A stretch of 64,000 bases of DNA from an uncultured Rhodopirellula sp. Lineage in GTDB: Bacteria; Planctomycetota; Planctomycetia; Pirellulales; Pirellulaceae. Below, piece by piece: positions 28,651 to 38,073 of the stretch (position 1 is its first letter; the number at the start of each line of letters is the position of its first letter). Where the stretch lies: the NCBI GenBank assembly GCA_964007735.1, contig CAXGAI010000014.1:1-64000 (forward strand), in the 5' to 3' direction. The position numbers and the translations under genes were made by a program. A model generated the notes under the pieces. It ran no database searches and was not told where the DNA came from. It saw nothing but the letters and a program-made list of their open reading frames with translations.

Positions 28651-30195
28651 CTATTGAGCCTTAAGATGATCAAGTAAGTTGGCTGTGATTACCTGTACTC
28701 GTTTGTCTGGCCCTTGAGGTGTGGCACCGTGAGCAGCAGGACGGACATACCCTGGTGGCTCACTCAAACCATCTCCCCACCAGCAACTGGAGGCATTGAA
28801 TACTAAATTCCCCTTTGGGCCGGGGTAAATTGTAGAAGTATAGGTTCCCGTACCTGAACCACTGTTGGTTGTGCCTTGCGCTACGATTTCTAAGCCTGGT
28901 ATATCGGCAGGGTCACCATGCCATTCCCAGCCTACGAGTCCCGGAATCCCTTCTCCCTTCTTCATGCCGGAATTAGCGAACAGCCAGTGATCCGGTTGGG
29001 TGCAAATATAATCCGCCCCGCCCACGACAGGCCCCGTACTGCGAGCTCCAATAAGGTCGGCTTCATTAGGTGCTGTGCGAGGCAGTGTTTCCATAGAATG
29101 GAAAAGGTTGTCCCCAATTTTATCTCTTGGCCCAAACCGATCGACTCTCGAAATGATTCGATTTGGCCTGCCGTCGGAAGAAGGTTTGATCTCGAGTAGC
29201 CCACAACAGGTATTGCCTGAAAGAAACGCCACATTCAGACCGCCTCGAATAGCAGCTCGGACATTATTGAACATAGCCATGGAATAATATTCATCATGGC
29301 CCACTGAAATCAGCGTTCCGGCGCGCATCAAGTCTTGGCCGTAGGCGTGTGTGTCGATGTTCGAGCAGTAACTAACGTCGTAGCCTCTGGATTCCATCCA
29401 GTAGGCAATCGGTAGTTCCCAACAAAACCATTCCCCTGAACCTGTGGTCAGCGGTGCGTCAAAGATTTGGCAATACTTGCCATACGGTCGGTCAAAGCTG
29501 ACGTCGACGCCAGCGCCCCAGTACCAAACGGTTTCTTCATTGTCGTAAAGTGAGTATTGGCTTGGCCATCGGTTATAAGCGTTCCAGGTGGTGTCAGAGC
29601 ACTGGAATAAGAAGTCTACTTTACGATCATCTTTGATGATGAACGTAATGTAACTTTGCATTCCGGTTTCGAGCGAAGTAAGTTTGCACAAATAGACCCC
29701 ACTTATCCAATCTTCTTTAATGGTTAATTCGAGGCAGGGCTCCCACTGGCATTCCCGCAACCTGTTTTTTCCAATAACAGGGTCATCCTGCGTTTTGCCA
29801 TTAAAGGTTCCTAAATGAGCTATTTTGCGGCCGCCGGTTCCGTTGTAGTATCCGGAGCGATATAGATCGATCGTAAATTTAGAAGCCGGATTACAGGATA
29901 CATGTAGTGAAATTGTTTCGCCTTTGGAGACACTGGTGTTGGAGGCATAGCCCTCAATTGAGGGGCAACGAAACTTTGTATTAGGATCGATCGCAGTTTT
30001 GGATAGCATCCATTCACGAGTTCCGGGATTAGTGTTTTCTTCATGAATTAAGTGAGAATGCCGGCTGGAGAAATGGCCCTCATCTGCAAACACTGTCAGA
30101 GGACCTGAGACCACGCCGGGCAGCAAGGCAGCCGTTCCAAATGAGGCCATTGCTTTAAGGACTTCACGTCGGTTGTTTGGATGGAATTTGGTCAT
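28651..30195 (-). CDS. N,N-dimethylformamidase large-subunit-like (DUF6605) protein, Tat signal
   Basis: NRREVL Tat motif; IEGYAS, WISGVY, TWNAYN, VSFDRPY, GYDVSY, SVGHDEYYS, NVAFLSGN. Confidence 0.85.
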   Translation of the reverse strand: MTKFHPNNRREVLKAMASFGTAALLPGVVSGPLTVFADEGHFSSRHSHLIHEENTNPGTREWMLSKTAIDPNTKFRCPSIEGYASNTSVSKGETISLHVSCNPASKFTIDLYRSGYYNGTGGRKIAHLGTFNGKTQDDPVIGKNRLRECQWEPCLELTIKEDWISGVYLCKLTSLETGMQSYITFIIKDDRKVDFLFQCSDTTWNAYNRWPSQYSLYDNEETVWYWGAGVDVSFDRPYGKYCQIFDAPLTTGSGEWFCWELPIAYWMESRGYDVSYCSNIDTHAYGQDLMRAGTLISVGHDEYYSMAMFNNVRAAIRGGLNVAFLSGNTCCGLLEIKPSSDGRPNRIISRVDRFGPRDKIGDNLFHSMETLPRTAPNEADLIGARSTGPVVGGADYICTQPDHWLFANSGMKKGEGIPGLVGWEWHGDPADIPGLEIVAQGTTNSGSGTGTYTSTIYPGPKGNLVFNASSCWWGDGLSEPPGYVRPAAHGATPQGPDKRVQVITANLLDHLKAQ

Positions 30196-30329
30196 TGAAA
30201 GGTGTTCTTTTATGAAAGATTAAACGGCGGACACTGTAAGGCGTTAAGTCTGATTGTAAAAGAATCAGGAGGTATTTCACGCATATGTTAAGATATATAC
30301 AGAGTTAATTCCGAAGGGTAAGGGTTAGT

Positions 30330-31745
30330 ATGCAACGACGCGAACTTCTAAAGATGGGGATGTATGGTTTTGGGGCCTTAAGTCTCTCTCAATTCATGCA
30401 GTCGCGTGCTTACAGCACGGATTTGGCAGCTCAACCCGGAATGGGATTGGCAACGGCGGATAATCGCGATGGCGACCGTACGGCAATTATTTTGGTTTGG
30501 CAACGTGGTGGATGCAGTCATCTTGATACCTGGGACCCAAAACCGGATGCTCCGTCTGAATTTCGCGGGCCTTATCAGCCTCTCGAAACTAATGTGCCTG
30601 GCATCCGACTTACTGAACTGTTGCCTCGCTTATCGAAATGCGCTGATAAATATAGTCTCCTTAGAAGTGTTGCTCATACCGGCGGCGGCCACCCGGCTGG
30701 TTCTTTACAAATTCTTGCTGGCGACCCCGCTGCAACAGACAAGACATTGCCTGTCTTGCCCGACTGGATGTCGGTTGCAAATTATCTCAGACACAATCCA
30801 AAACGCGAGATTCCTAATTATATTACTGTGAATCCAGTGGATCGGTACGATTCTTTTACGATCGCTGGAGCGACCTATCTAGGCCCTTCGTATGACCCTT
30901 TTCGCGTGGTTGGCGACCCTAGTCAACCGGATTTCAAGGTTCCTAATATTGGGATTGGAGATGAAGGACTAGCCAGTCGCTTTAAAAAACGACTCGATTT
31001 GAAGCGTGGGCTCGACCGAGTTAAAGCCGAGATAGATCAGGCTGGTGTCATGGAAGCAATGAATGACTTTGATCGTCAGGCACTGAATTTACTGACCAGC
31101 CCCAAGGCACAGGCGGCGTTCGATCTCTCGAAAGAAAAAAGCTCAGTCCGTGAACGCTACGGTAAGAATCAGTGGGGACAGCAGTTGTTGATGGCACGTC
31201 GGTTGGTCGAGGCAGGCGTGGAAATCGTGACAACGGAACTTGATGGCCCGTTGTGCGGGCGGGTTGCTAACTGGGATGATCATGCAGTGAATCATCATGT
31301 GTTTGATGCTTTGGATTTTAGGATGCCCACCTTTGATCAGGCAGTTTCCGCCTTGATTGAAGATATTTATGACCGGGGATTAGATCGTCGAGTGTTAGTT
31401 GTCGTGGCTGGCGAATTTGGCCGCACCCCACGTATTTCTCAGGTCGCAAGCAGCGGTGGTGGCGTTGCCAGTGGTGCCAAAGGAACGATCCAACCGGGAC
31501 GCGACCATTGGCCAAGGGCCAATACCATGTTATTTTCCGGTGGCGGTATCCGAACGGGCCAAATTATTGGTGCCACTGACGCCCGAGGCGAAGATCCTGT
31601 TGAACGCCGCGTAGCCCCCGGCGATTTTCTGGCGACTTTGTATCATCACCTAGGATTGAAAGCGTCGGGGATTTCAGTGCCCGATCAGTCGGGACGGCCG
31701 ATCCCCATCCTTCCTCGCGGTAAAGTGATTTCTGAATTAACTTAG
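30330..31745 (+). CDS. DUF1501 domain protein (unpartnered subtype)
   Basis: QRRELL; GGCSHLDTWDPKPDAP.EFRGP, WDDH, GEFGRTP, GRDHWP. Confidence 0.93.
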   Translation: MQRRELLKMGMYGFGALSLSQFMQSRAYSTDLAAQPGMGLATADNRDGDRTAIILVWQRGGCSHLDTWDPKPDAPSEFRGPYQPLETNVPGIRLTELLPRLSKCADKYSLLRSVAHTGGGHPAGSLQILAGDPAATDKTLPVLPDWMSVANYLRHNPKREIPNYITVNPVDRYDSFTIAGATYLGPSYDPFRVVGDPSQPDFKVPNIGIGDEGLASRFKKRLDLKRGLDRVKAEIDQAGVMEAMNDFDRQALNLLTSPKAQAAFDLSKEKSSVRERYGKNQWGQQLLMARRLVEAGVEIVTTELDGPLCGRVANWDDHAVNHHVFDALDFRMPTFDQAVSALIEDIYDRGLDRRVLVVVAGEFGRTPRISQVASSGGGVASGAKGTIQPGRDHWPRANTMLFSGGGIRTGQIIGATDARGEDPVERRVAPGDFLATLYHHLGLKASGISVPDQSGRPIPILPRGKVISELT

Positions 31746-31788
31746 TGGTTTGGGGCGTGGAACCGAATAAATTGCTGGTGGAGGCGTT

Positions 31789-33252
31789 ATGCGAGTTGCC
31801 CTTGCTAAATATGGTCAGGAAACCAATTCGTTTAGTCTGACGAAAACCACACTGGATACCTTTAGGCAGTTCGGTCTATACGAAAGAGAAGCGGTTCTGC
31901 AGTTTGGAATGTCAGCAGGTCCGTTTGCGGGGCTCTCGAAAGCCTGTGCCGATCGTGGCGTGAACTGGACGCCCATTCCGTTGATTCGGGGATGGGCCGG
32001 CGCTAGTGGAATGATTACACAAGCAACGCATGCGTTCTTTATTGAAAGCATCTGTAGCGGACTTTCCGAAATCGACAACCTTGATGCTGTGTTTCTGGAC
32101 TTACACGGGGCCGCTCAGGCGGAACACCTCGACGATTGCGAAGGGGACGTTATTGAAAAGTGTAGGCAATTGGTCGGCAAGGATGTGCCGATCATCGTTT
32201 CTTTGGATCATCATGCCAACGTGACTGAACGCATGTGTAGAGACGCTAATGCGATTGTGGCTCATCGGACGCAACCCCATGATCCGTTTGACACGGGTTA
32301 TCGGGCAGGTCTTCTGCTGATTCGAGAATTGCTCGGAGAAGTTAGTGCGGTAATGGCCCTGCAAAAGGTCCCGATGATTACTCATCAGGAGCAGTTTCTG
32401 ACGGCTCCCATCGGCCCGATGCGTGAATGGTTCGAAAAAGCAAGAGAGTTTGAGCAAGACCCACGAGTACTGTCTGTCAGTCCGTGTCCGATGCAACCGT
32501 GGCTGGATATTTCTGAGGCAGGGTGGTCGGTCATTGTCGTTACGGATGACGAGCAGGAGTTAGCTACCGGTGTCGCGCAGGAAATGGCCAGTTTTGCCTG
32601 GGATAATCGTCATCGCTTTATGCAGCAGCAGAGCGTCGCTCCTGATTTGGCAGTTCAGCTGGCAATCGAGTCTGACCAGTTCGTGGTCCTCTCCGACACA
32701 GGCGATTCTGTTTTTGGAGGAGCGCCTGGCGATAGCACGATTTTGCTCCAGAAGTTGTTGGACTTAGATTGCCCGCAGGACTGTTTAGTCCCGATGGTGG
32801 ATCGTGAGGTTGTTGCTCAGGCTTACGAGATCGGTATCGGCAATCAGATGACAACCAGGATCGGTGGAAAACAGGATCATGTTTTTAGCCGGCCCATCAA
32901 CGTCGAGTGCGAAGTGCTGGGACTTGGGGGGGGAGTTACGGAAGTTGAAGTGATTGGTAACCATTCGTATGACGCAGGCCGAACGGTCTTGTTACGGGTG
33001 AAGCATGTTTTGATTGCGGTCACCGAAACGGAAGGAATTGGTGGGAATCACCCTGTTTGCTATGAGCAGTTGGGGGTGGATGTGTCGCAGGCGAAGTTGG
33101 CAGTGTTGAAGACAGCCAGTAATTTCCAGTATTACTCGGGATATCAACCACAGATTGTACGTGCGGATACCGACGGAATGACGATGTCGGATCTGGTTCG
33201 ATTGCCATGGACCAGACTGATGAGGCCCATTTTTCCTTTGGATCAGTTTTGA
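31789..33252 (+). CDS. M81 family metallopeptidase (MlrC-like)
   Basis: QETNSFS, LDLHGA, DDCEGD, SLDHHANVT, RTQPH.D, DTGDSVFGGAPGDST. Confidence 0.9.
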   Translation: MRVALAKYGQETNSFSLTKTTLDTFRQFGLYEREAVLQFGMSAGPFAGLSKACADRGVNWTPIPLIRGWAGASGMITQATHAFFIESICSGLSEIDNLDAVFLDLHGAAQAEHLDDCEGDVIEKCRQLVGKDVPIIVSLDHHANVTERMCRDANAIVAHRTQPHDPFDTGYRAGLLLIRELLGEVSAVMALQKVPMITHQEQFLTAPIGPMREWFEKAREFEQDPRVLSVSPCPMQPWLDISEAGWSVIVVTDDEQELATGVAQEMASFAWDNRHRFMQQQSVAPDLAVQLAIESDQFVVLSDTGDSVFGGAPGDSTILLQKLLDLDCPQDCLVPMVDREVVAQAYEIGIGNQMTTRIGGKQDHVFSRPINVECEVLGLGGGVTEVEVIGNHSYDAGRTVLLRVKHVLIAVTETEGIGGNHPVCYEQLGVDVSQAKLAVLKTASNFQYYSGYQPQIVRADTDGMTMSDLVRLPWTRLMRPIFPLDQF

Positions 33253-33268
33253 TTCACCTTGGGGAAGG

Positions 33269-34663
33269 TTACGAGATCAATTCATTAACCACATGGCCGT
33301 GGACATCGGTTAGACTGACGTCGCGTCCCCCAAACCGGTAGGTTAAACGATCATGGTCTAGACCTAGTTGATGGAAGACAGTGGCGTGAATGTCCTGAAT
33401 AAGAAGTGGGTTTTCTACGACGCTATTTCCAAATTCGTCGGTTGCACCGTAGACGGTCCCGCCCTTAAATCCGCCTCCAGCCAAGAAGATCGAATAACCA
33501 TCAACATGATGGTCCCGACCAACCGTATTTGTGATTTGGGGAGTATGGGGTGTGCGTCCCATTTCACCCGCCCAGATGACAATGGTATCGTCTAGTAGAC
33601 CTCGTTGTTTTAAATCTTTGATCAGCCCGGCGACAGCTTGGTCAGTGATGAGTGCATTTTCACCGTGGTGTTTGACTAGCTGGGCGTGTTGGTCCCAAGG
33701 TGAATTGTTGACGTGTGTCAGTGGGCAGGTGATCTCGATAAAACGGACGCCTTGCTCGACCAGGCGGCGAGCTCGTAAACATTGCATCGCATAATATTTC
33801 TGATGTTCATTACTACTGTTGGTTCCGTAGAGTGTATGGATATATGCCGGCTCATCACTTAGATCCGCCAGTCCGGGAATGGAAGTTTGCATCAGGAATG
33901 CTTTTTCATAGTTTTGTATGGCTGCATCAATGACTTCACTTTGGCTTGTTTGTTTACCAAATCTAAGATCTTGCTGTTTGAGGAGTGCCAACTTCTGTTG
34001 TTGAACGGCCCGAGAATCACTGGCGGTAATATTGTCAACCGGCGTCCCTTTGGCCCGCAACATCATGGCTGCATGATTAGCCGGCAGAAAGGAACTACCG
34101 AAATTCTCATATCCACCATTAGGAATCCAGTCATTGTTGAGCAGGACATAGCTAGGAAGATTGTCATTGTCCGACCCGAGTCCGTAGGATACCCAACTGC
34201 CCCAGCTTGGTGCCCGCCCCGTTTCCCGACCCGTATGCATGAGTAACGCTTGTTGGCCATGTAGAGGTTGTTTTCCCACGAGGGACCTCACGACGCAAAG
34301 GTCGTCGGCAATAGATGCGATGTGAGGAAGTAAGTCGCTGACAGGGAGCCCACTTTCTCCCCGTCGTCGAGATGTCCAGCGTTCCCCAAGCCAAACTCTG
34401 CTGGCAGCACTTTGAGATAGCACAGAGACATGTTCGGTTCCAATCGCTTTTCCTTCCTGTTTGGCTAACTCGGGCTTCGGGTCAAAAGTATCGACGTGAC
34501 TGGGGCCACCATCCATGAAGCACAGGATGACGTGCTTCGCATTAGCAGCATAATGAGCCAGTGGTTTCGCATGACTCGCGCGAGCAGCTAGAGAGGAGAA
34601 GGCCATCATGCCAAAGCCGATGGATGCATTCTTTAGGAGTTGCCTGCGGTTAATGGGATACAT
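33269..34663 (-). CDS. DUF1501 domain protein (PSD1-partnered subtype)
   Basis: NRRQLL; GGPSHVDTFDPKP, WDQH, GEMGRTP, GRDHH, LTYRFGGRDVSLTDVHG. ATG at 34663 chosen to avoid overlap with the upstream gene. Confidence 0.93.
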   Translation of the reverse strand: MYPINRRQLLKNASIGFGMMAFSSLAARASHAKPLAHYAANAKHVILCFMDGGPSHVDTFDPKPELAKQEGKAIGTEHVSVLSQSAASRVWLGERWTSRRRGESGLPVSDLLPHIASIADDLCVVRSLVGKQPLHGQQALLMHTGRETGRAPSWGSWVSYGLGSDNDNLPSYVLLNNDWIPNGGYENFGSSFLPANHAAMMLRAKGTPVDNITASDSRAVQQQKLALLKQQDLRFGKQTSQSEVIDAAIQNYEKAFLMQTSIPGLADLSDEPAYIHTLYGTNSSNEHQKYYAMQCLRARRLVEQGVRFIEITCPLTHVNNSPWDQHAQLVKHHGENALITDQAVAGLIKDLKQRGLLDDTIVIWAGEMGRTPHTPQITNTVGRDHHVDGYSIFLAGGGFKGGTVYGATDEFGNSVVENPLLIQDIHATVFHQLGLDHDRLTYRFGGRDVSLTDVHGHVVNELIS

Positions 34664-34679
34664 TTGATTGTTGTCTGAG

Positions 34680-37600
34680 TTATCGGAGATAGATGAATTC
34701 TTTGGTATTGAAGATGGTGTGAGCAATGTCCGCCCAAATCTGATGGTGGTTCATTATCTCCTCTTCGGGGACTTTGAGTAAATTGGAAAGTTTAAATAAG
34801 GTGGACTCCCATGCGGAAAGAACGGCAGGTGAGACGGGCCGACTGTATGCTCGTACTAACATGGCTTCAAGTCTGGCACGAGGCTCTGTATCTTTTCGTT
34901 TTAAGACTTCGTGTCCCCATTGCCTTGCAATTTCAACTGAAAAAGGATGGTTAAGTAGCGTTAGAGCCTGGGCGGGGGTGTTCGTGACATCTCGAGCCCC
35001 AGTTGGTATTTTAGGATCCGGCGAATTAAAAGTCGCTAGAAATTTCGCTGGTTCCATAATGGTGACCTTCGTGTAAATCATGCGACGGCGATTGGCGTCC
35101 ACCGGGCCACTAAATAAACGTTTCATGTCATCTTCGGCTGTTCTGTATGGATCGTGAGGGGCGCCGTAGAGCTGTCGATTTAGTGTTCCGGCGCTGGCGA
35201 GCATCGCATCACCAATGGCTTCAGACTCCAGTCTTCTTGTCGGATAGTGATGTAGGTAGCGGTTGGAGGGGTCAGCCGCAAGTGCTTCGGAATGGACAGC
35301 CCCTGATTGGCGCCACGTCTCGGTCTGTAATAATTCTTTAATCAATGTCTTTGTTGACCAGCCGTTCGCGATGAACCTCAGCGTTAACCAATCTAAAAGT
35401 TCAGGGTGAGACGGTTGGCCTCCGAGTTTACCGAAGTTGCTTGGTGTGTCAACGATCCCCGTCCCAAACAACCACTGCCAGATTCGATTGACGTAAACCC
35501 GCGCTGTGAGTGGATTGTCCGCCGAAGAAACGAGCTCTGCTAGTTCTAAGCGACCACTTCGAGTTGAACGAAACGGAAGTGACTTGTTTTCATCTTCAGC
35601 AAACAAACGAAGGTAGCCGCGTGGCACAGGCTCGCCGAGGTCATAATAGCTACCACGGACGTTGAGACGGTAATTTTGGCCGACATCATGGTCGGCCATG
35701 CTGTTGACGGTGCGAGGCGGTTGTATTTGTGCCTCGAGTGTCCAATAGTGATCTATCATTGGTTTTAGACGTTCATCGTTGCTGGATTTAGTGATCCAAG
35801 GGGTCTGTAACAGGTTGTTGAGAATTTGGATCTGATCGTCAGTTGCCGTACCGTCCCCCCATGCTTTGACCATGGAAATTAACCATCGCTGATAAAGCAA
35901 GGCAGCTTCAGACTTGCTACTTGGAGGGCCGGATTCGAGCAGGTCGATAAAGGCGGTAAGCCGTTTTTTGGGCGAGCCGGGCCCTTGCGCCATATAAACC
36001 TTACTAATGGAGAACCAACTATTTGGTGAAGTTTCCATCTCTTCGGTGAGTTTAGTCCCTAAGCCCCATCGAGGAGGGAAGTTTGGGTTGCTTGTTTTCG
36101 TAGCGAATTCGAAGAAGATCTTCCTGTCTTCGTCTTTATAAAGGTTTAGTGTTTTCCACGCATAACGATCATTGGCGTAGTATTGTTGTTTCTCACAAAG
36201 AAATGCGTTGTCAATGACGGTGCGTTGTGCGGACAGATCCCCACCAGCAGCCAATGCGTGTAGGAAGACTCCTGAAAAATTATTGGCTAAAGGACTGCGG
36301 AGCGCCCCGTTAAGCTTACTAGACAATCGTGATGTCGCGATGCCGGGCAAAAGTAACGATTTGACAAATTCCTCTCCCTTGTGCATTGTAAATTCGCCAG
36401 ACGCGGGAATTATTTCGATGCCATGGCCATCGGTAAACCATCCCTCGACATTGCCCTTCCGAAAATCGGCTACCGGGATGTAATGGGTCTGGTTGTATTG
36501 CTCAGCTTCCTGATCGGTCGTTTGGTGTTGTTCCCTAAGAGAAACCCATTTTGCCGTAATTTCGGAATCGTCTAGTTTATGGACCTGGTTCCAGGGATGG
36601 TTGATGTCACCGATGGGAAGTTCCGAAGGCGGTTGAATCCGGTCCAGGGTTTCGGTGTTGATATTAGCCCTAAGATCGTCGGTCCAAACCTTAACTAAGG
36701 TATCTCGCAATCTATCTTTTGCAGCCGCCAGCTGTGTTTTGATATTCGCATTTCGACCTGGCAAATCAATGGTGCGGCTAATCCAACGGGAGGACATAAA
36801 GGTACCAGCGAGCGCGTAATATTCGGCTTGAGTGATGGGGTCGAGTTTGTGGTTATGGCATCTTGCACAGGAAATCGTCAGCGCTTGGAAAGTCTTGGAA
36901 AATGCATCGACCTTGTTGTCGATCATCTCCTGATGAATTCCCTCAAACTCCTGACTGTCGCCATGACGGTGTTCACCTAATTGGAAGAACATCGGACCTA
37001 TATGGGATTCGACCAGCTGTAATTTCTTGTTGATACGAGGAGTGGGAAGCAAGTCGCCGGCAATCTGTTCGCGGACTAATTGGTCAAAGGGAACGTCGAT
37101 ATTGAAAGCGCGAATAAGGTAGTCTCGGTAACGCCATGCTCCTTTCGCTGGTACATCCCATTCGTAACCATAAGTGTCGGTGTAACGCACGACATCCATC
37201 CAGTGGCGTGCGAATCGCTCGCCAAAATGGGGGGATGATAAATAATAAGAGATCGCAGTTTCCCAAGCCTGAGGTGAAGTGTCCGTTGTGAAATCGTGTC
37301 TTTCGGTAGCGGTTGGAGGTAATCCGGTGAGGGTGTAGCTAAGCCGGCGGAGGAGGGTGGATTTGTCTGCCGATGGCGCCGGGCTTAAACCTTTCGCGCG
37401 AAGCGCTTCGAGCACAAAACGATCGACGGGAAGTGTTGACCATGTATTTTGTTTTAGCTCAGGGGGAGCGTGATTTTGTAAAGGCTGTAAGCTCCAAAGT
37501 GATTTTCGACTTTGGAAGGCGTCTTCCCAAATCTGTGCTGCAAGTTGTTCCGGGTTGGGGGGCATGTCGCGCGGGTCCGTTGCACCAGCCAGAATCCAGA

Positions 37601-37934
37601 GTTTAAAGTCGTTGATCACCGTGTCGGGAAGTTTTTCTTCCGGGGGCATTTCGAAAGAATCATGTTGCAAGGCGGAATACAAAAGACTTTCTTTAGGATT
37701 CCCGGGGATGACGGCCGGTCCATTATCGCCTCCTTTCCGCAGGGCTTCTCGTGAGTCAAGTGTTAAACCGCCTTTGATGTCTGCTGCGATCGTGCTATGA
37801 CATTCATAACACTTGGCGACGAGGACAGGTCGAATTCGTTTCTCAAAGAATTCGATTTCGGAACTCGTATCTTCGCCAGTGAGAGAATGGCTTAAGACCA
37901 CGTTCAGTAGTAGGGCAACGGCGGTTTTTCTCAT
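34680..37934 (-). CDS. PSCyt1/DUF1549/DUF1553 (PSD1) planctomycete cytochrome c protein
   Basis: FFEKRIRP..CYECH, GERFARHWMDVVRY, CARCHNHKLDP, NPLTARVYVNRIWQWLFG, PSHPELLDWL. Confidence 0.93.
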   Translation of the reverse strand: MRKTAVALLLNVVLSHSLTGEDTSSEIEFFEKRIRPVLVAKCYECHSTIAADIKGGLTLDSREALRKGGDNGPAVIPGNPKESLLYSALQHDSFEMPPEEKLPDTVINDFKLWILAGATDPRDMPPNPEQLAAQIWEDAFQSRKSLWSLQPLQNHAPPELKQNTWSTLPVDRFVLEALRAKGLSPAPSADKSTLLRRLSYTLTGLPPTATERHDFTTDTSPQAWETAISYYLSSPHFGERFARHWMDVVRYTDTYGYEWDVPAKGAWRYRDYLIRAFNIDVPFDQLVREQIAGDLLPTPRINKKLQLVESHIGPMFFQLGEHRHGDSQEFEGIHQEMIDNKVDAFSKTFQALTISCARCHNHKLDPITQAEYYALAGTFMSSRWISRTIDLPGRNANIKTQLAAAKDRLRDTLVKVWTDDLRANINTETLDRIQPPSELPIGDINHPWNQVHKLDDSEITAKWVSLREQHQTTDQEAEQYNQTHYIPVADFRKGNVEGWFTDGHGIEIIPASGEFTMHKGEEFVKSLLLPGIATSRLSSKLNGALRSPLANNFSGVFLHALAAGGDLSAQRTVIDNAFLCEKQQYYANDRYAWKTLNLYKDEDRKIFFEFATKTSNPNFPPRWGLGTKLTEEMETSPNSWFSISKVYMAQGPGSPKKRLTAFIDLLESGPPSSKSEAALLYQRWLISMVKAWGDGTATDDQIQILNNLLQTPWITKSSNDERLKPMIDHYWTLEAQIQPPRTVNSMADHDVGQNYRLNVRGSYYDLGEPVPRGYLRLFAEDENKSLPFRSTRSGRLELAELVSSADNPLTARVYVNRIWQWLFGTGIVDTPSNFGKLGGQPSHPELLDWLTLRFIANGWSTKTLIKELLQTETWRQSGAVHSEALAADPSNRYLHHYPTRRLESEAIGDAMLASAGTLNRQLYGAPHDPYRTAEDDMKRLFSGPVDANRRRMIYTKVTIMEPAKFLATFNSPDPKIPTGARDVTNTPAQALTLLNHPFSVEIARQWGHEVLKRKDTEPRARLEAMLVRAYSRPVSPAVLSAWESTLFKLSNLLKVPEEEIMNHHQIWADIAHTIFNTKEFIYLR

Positions 37935-37941
37935 GGGTTTT

Positions 37942-37947
37942 ATTATA
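37942..37947 (-). promoter_or_regulatory. Candidate -10 box (TATAAT) for a leaderless transcript
   Basis: The minus strand reads TATAAT-AAAACCC-ATG (7-nt spacer), with no Shine-Dalgarno sequence. Confidence 0.45.
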
Positions 37948-38073
37948 GGTGGTCATTGGGGCCTGTGCTTAGTTTTAAGCGTTCAGAGAAGAACTGGGTG
38001 TTCATTGGAACAAATGCGTTGCGATAGCCTAAAATAATGCATTAGGTTTGCTTTAAATAATTGGAATACTTGC

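Noticed and set aside
31789..33252. Microcystin degradation (mlr) cluster
   Set aside because: Only an M81-family gene is present, with no mlrA, mlrB or mlrD, and the family is widespread.
34664..34726. Extended start of DUF1501 overlapping the PSD1 gene
   Set aside because: ATG 34663 places the Tat motif at the N-terminus and removes the overlap.
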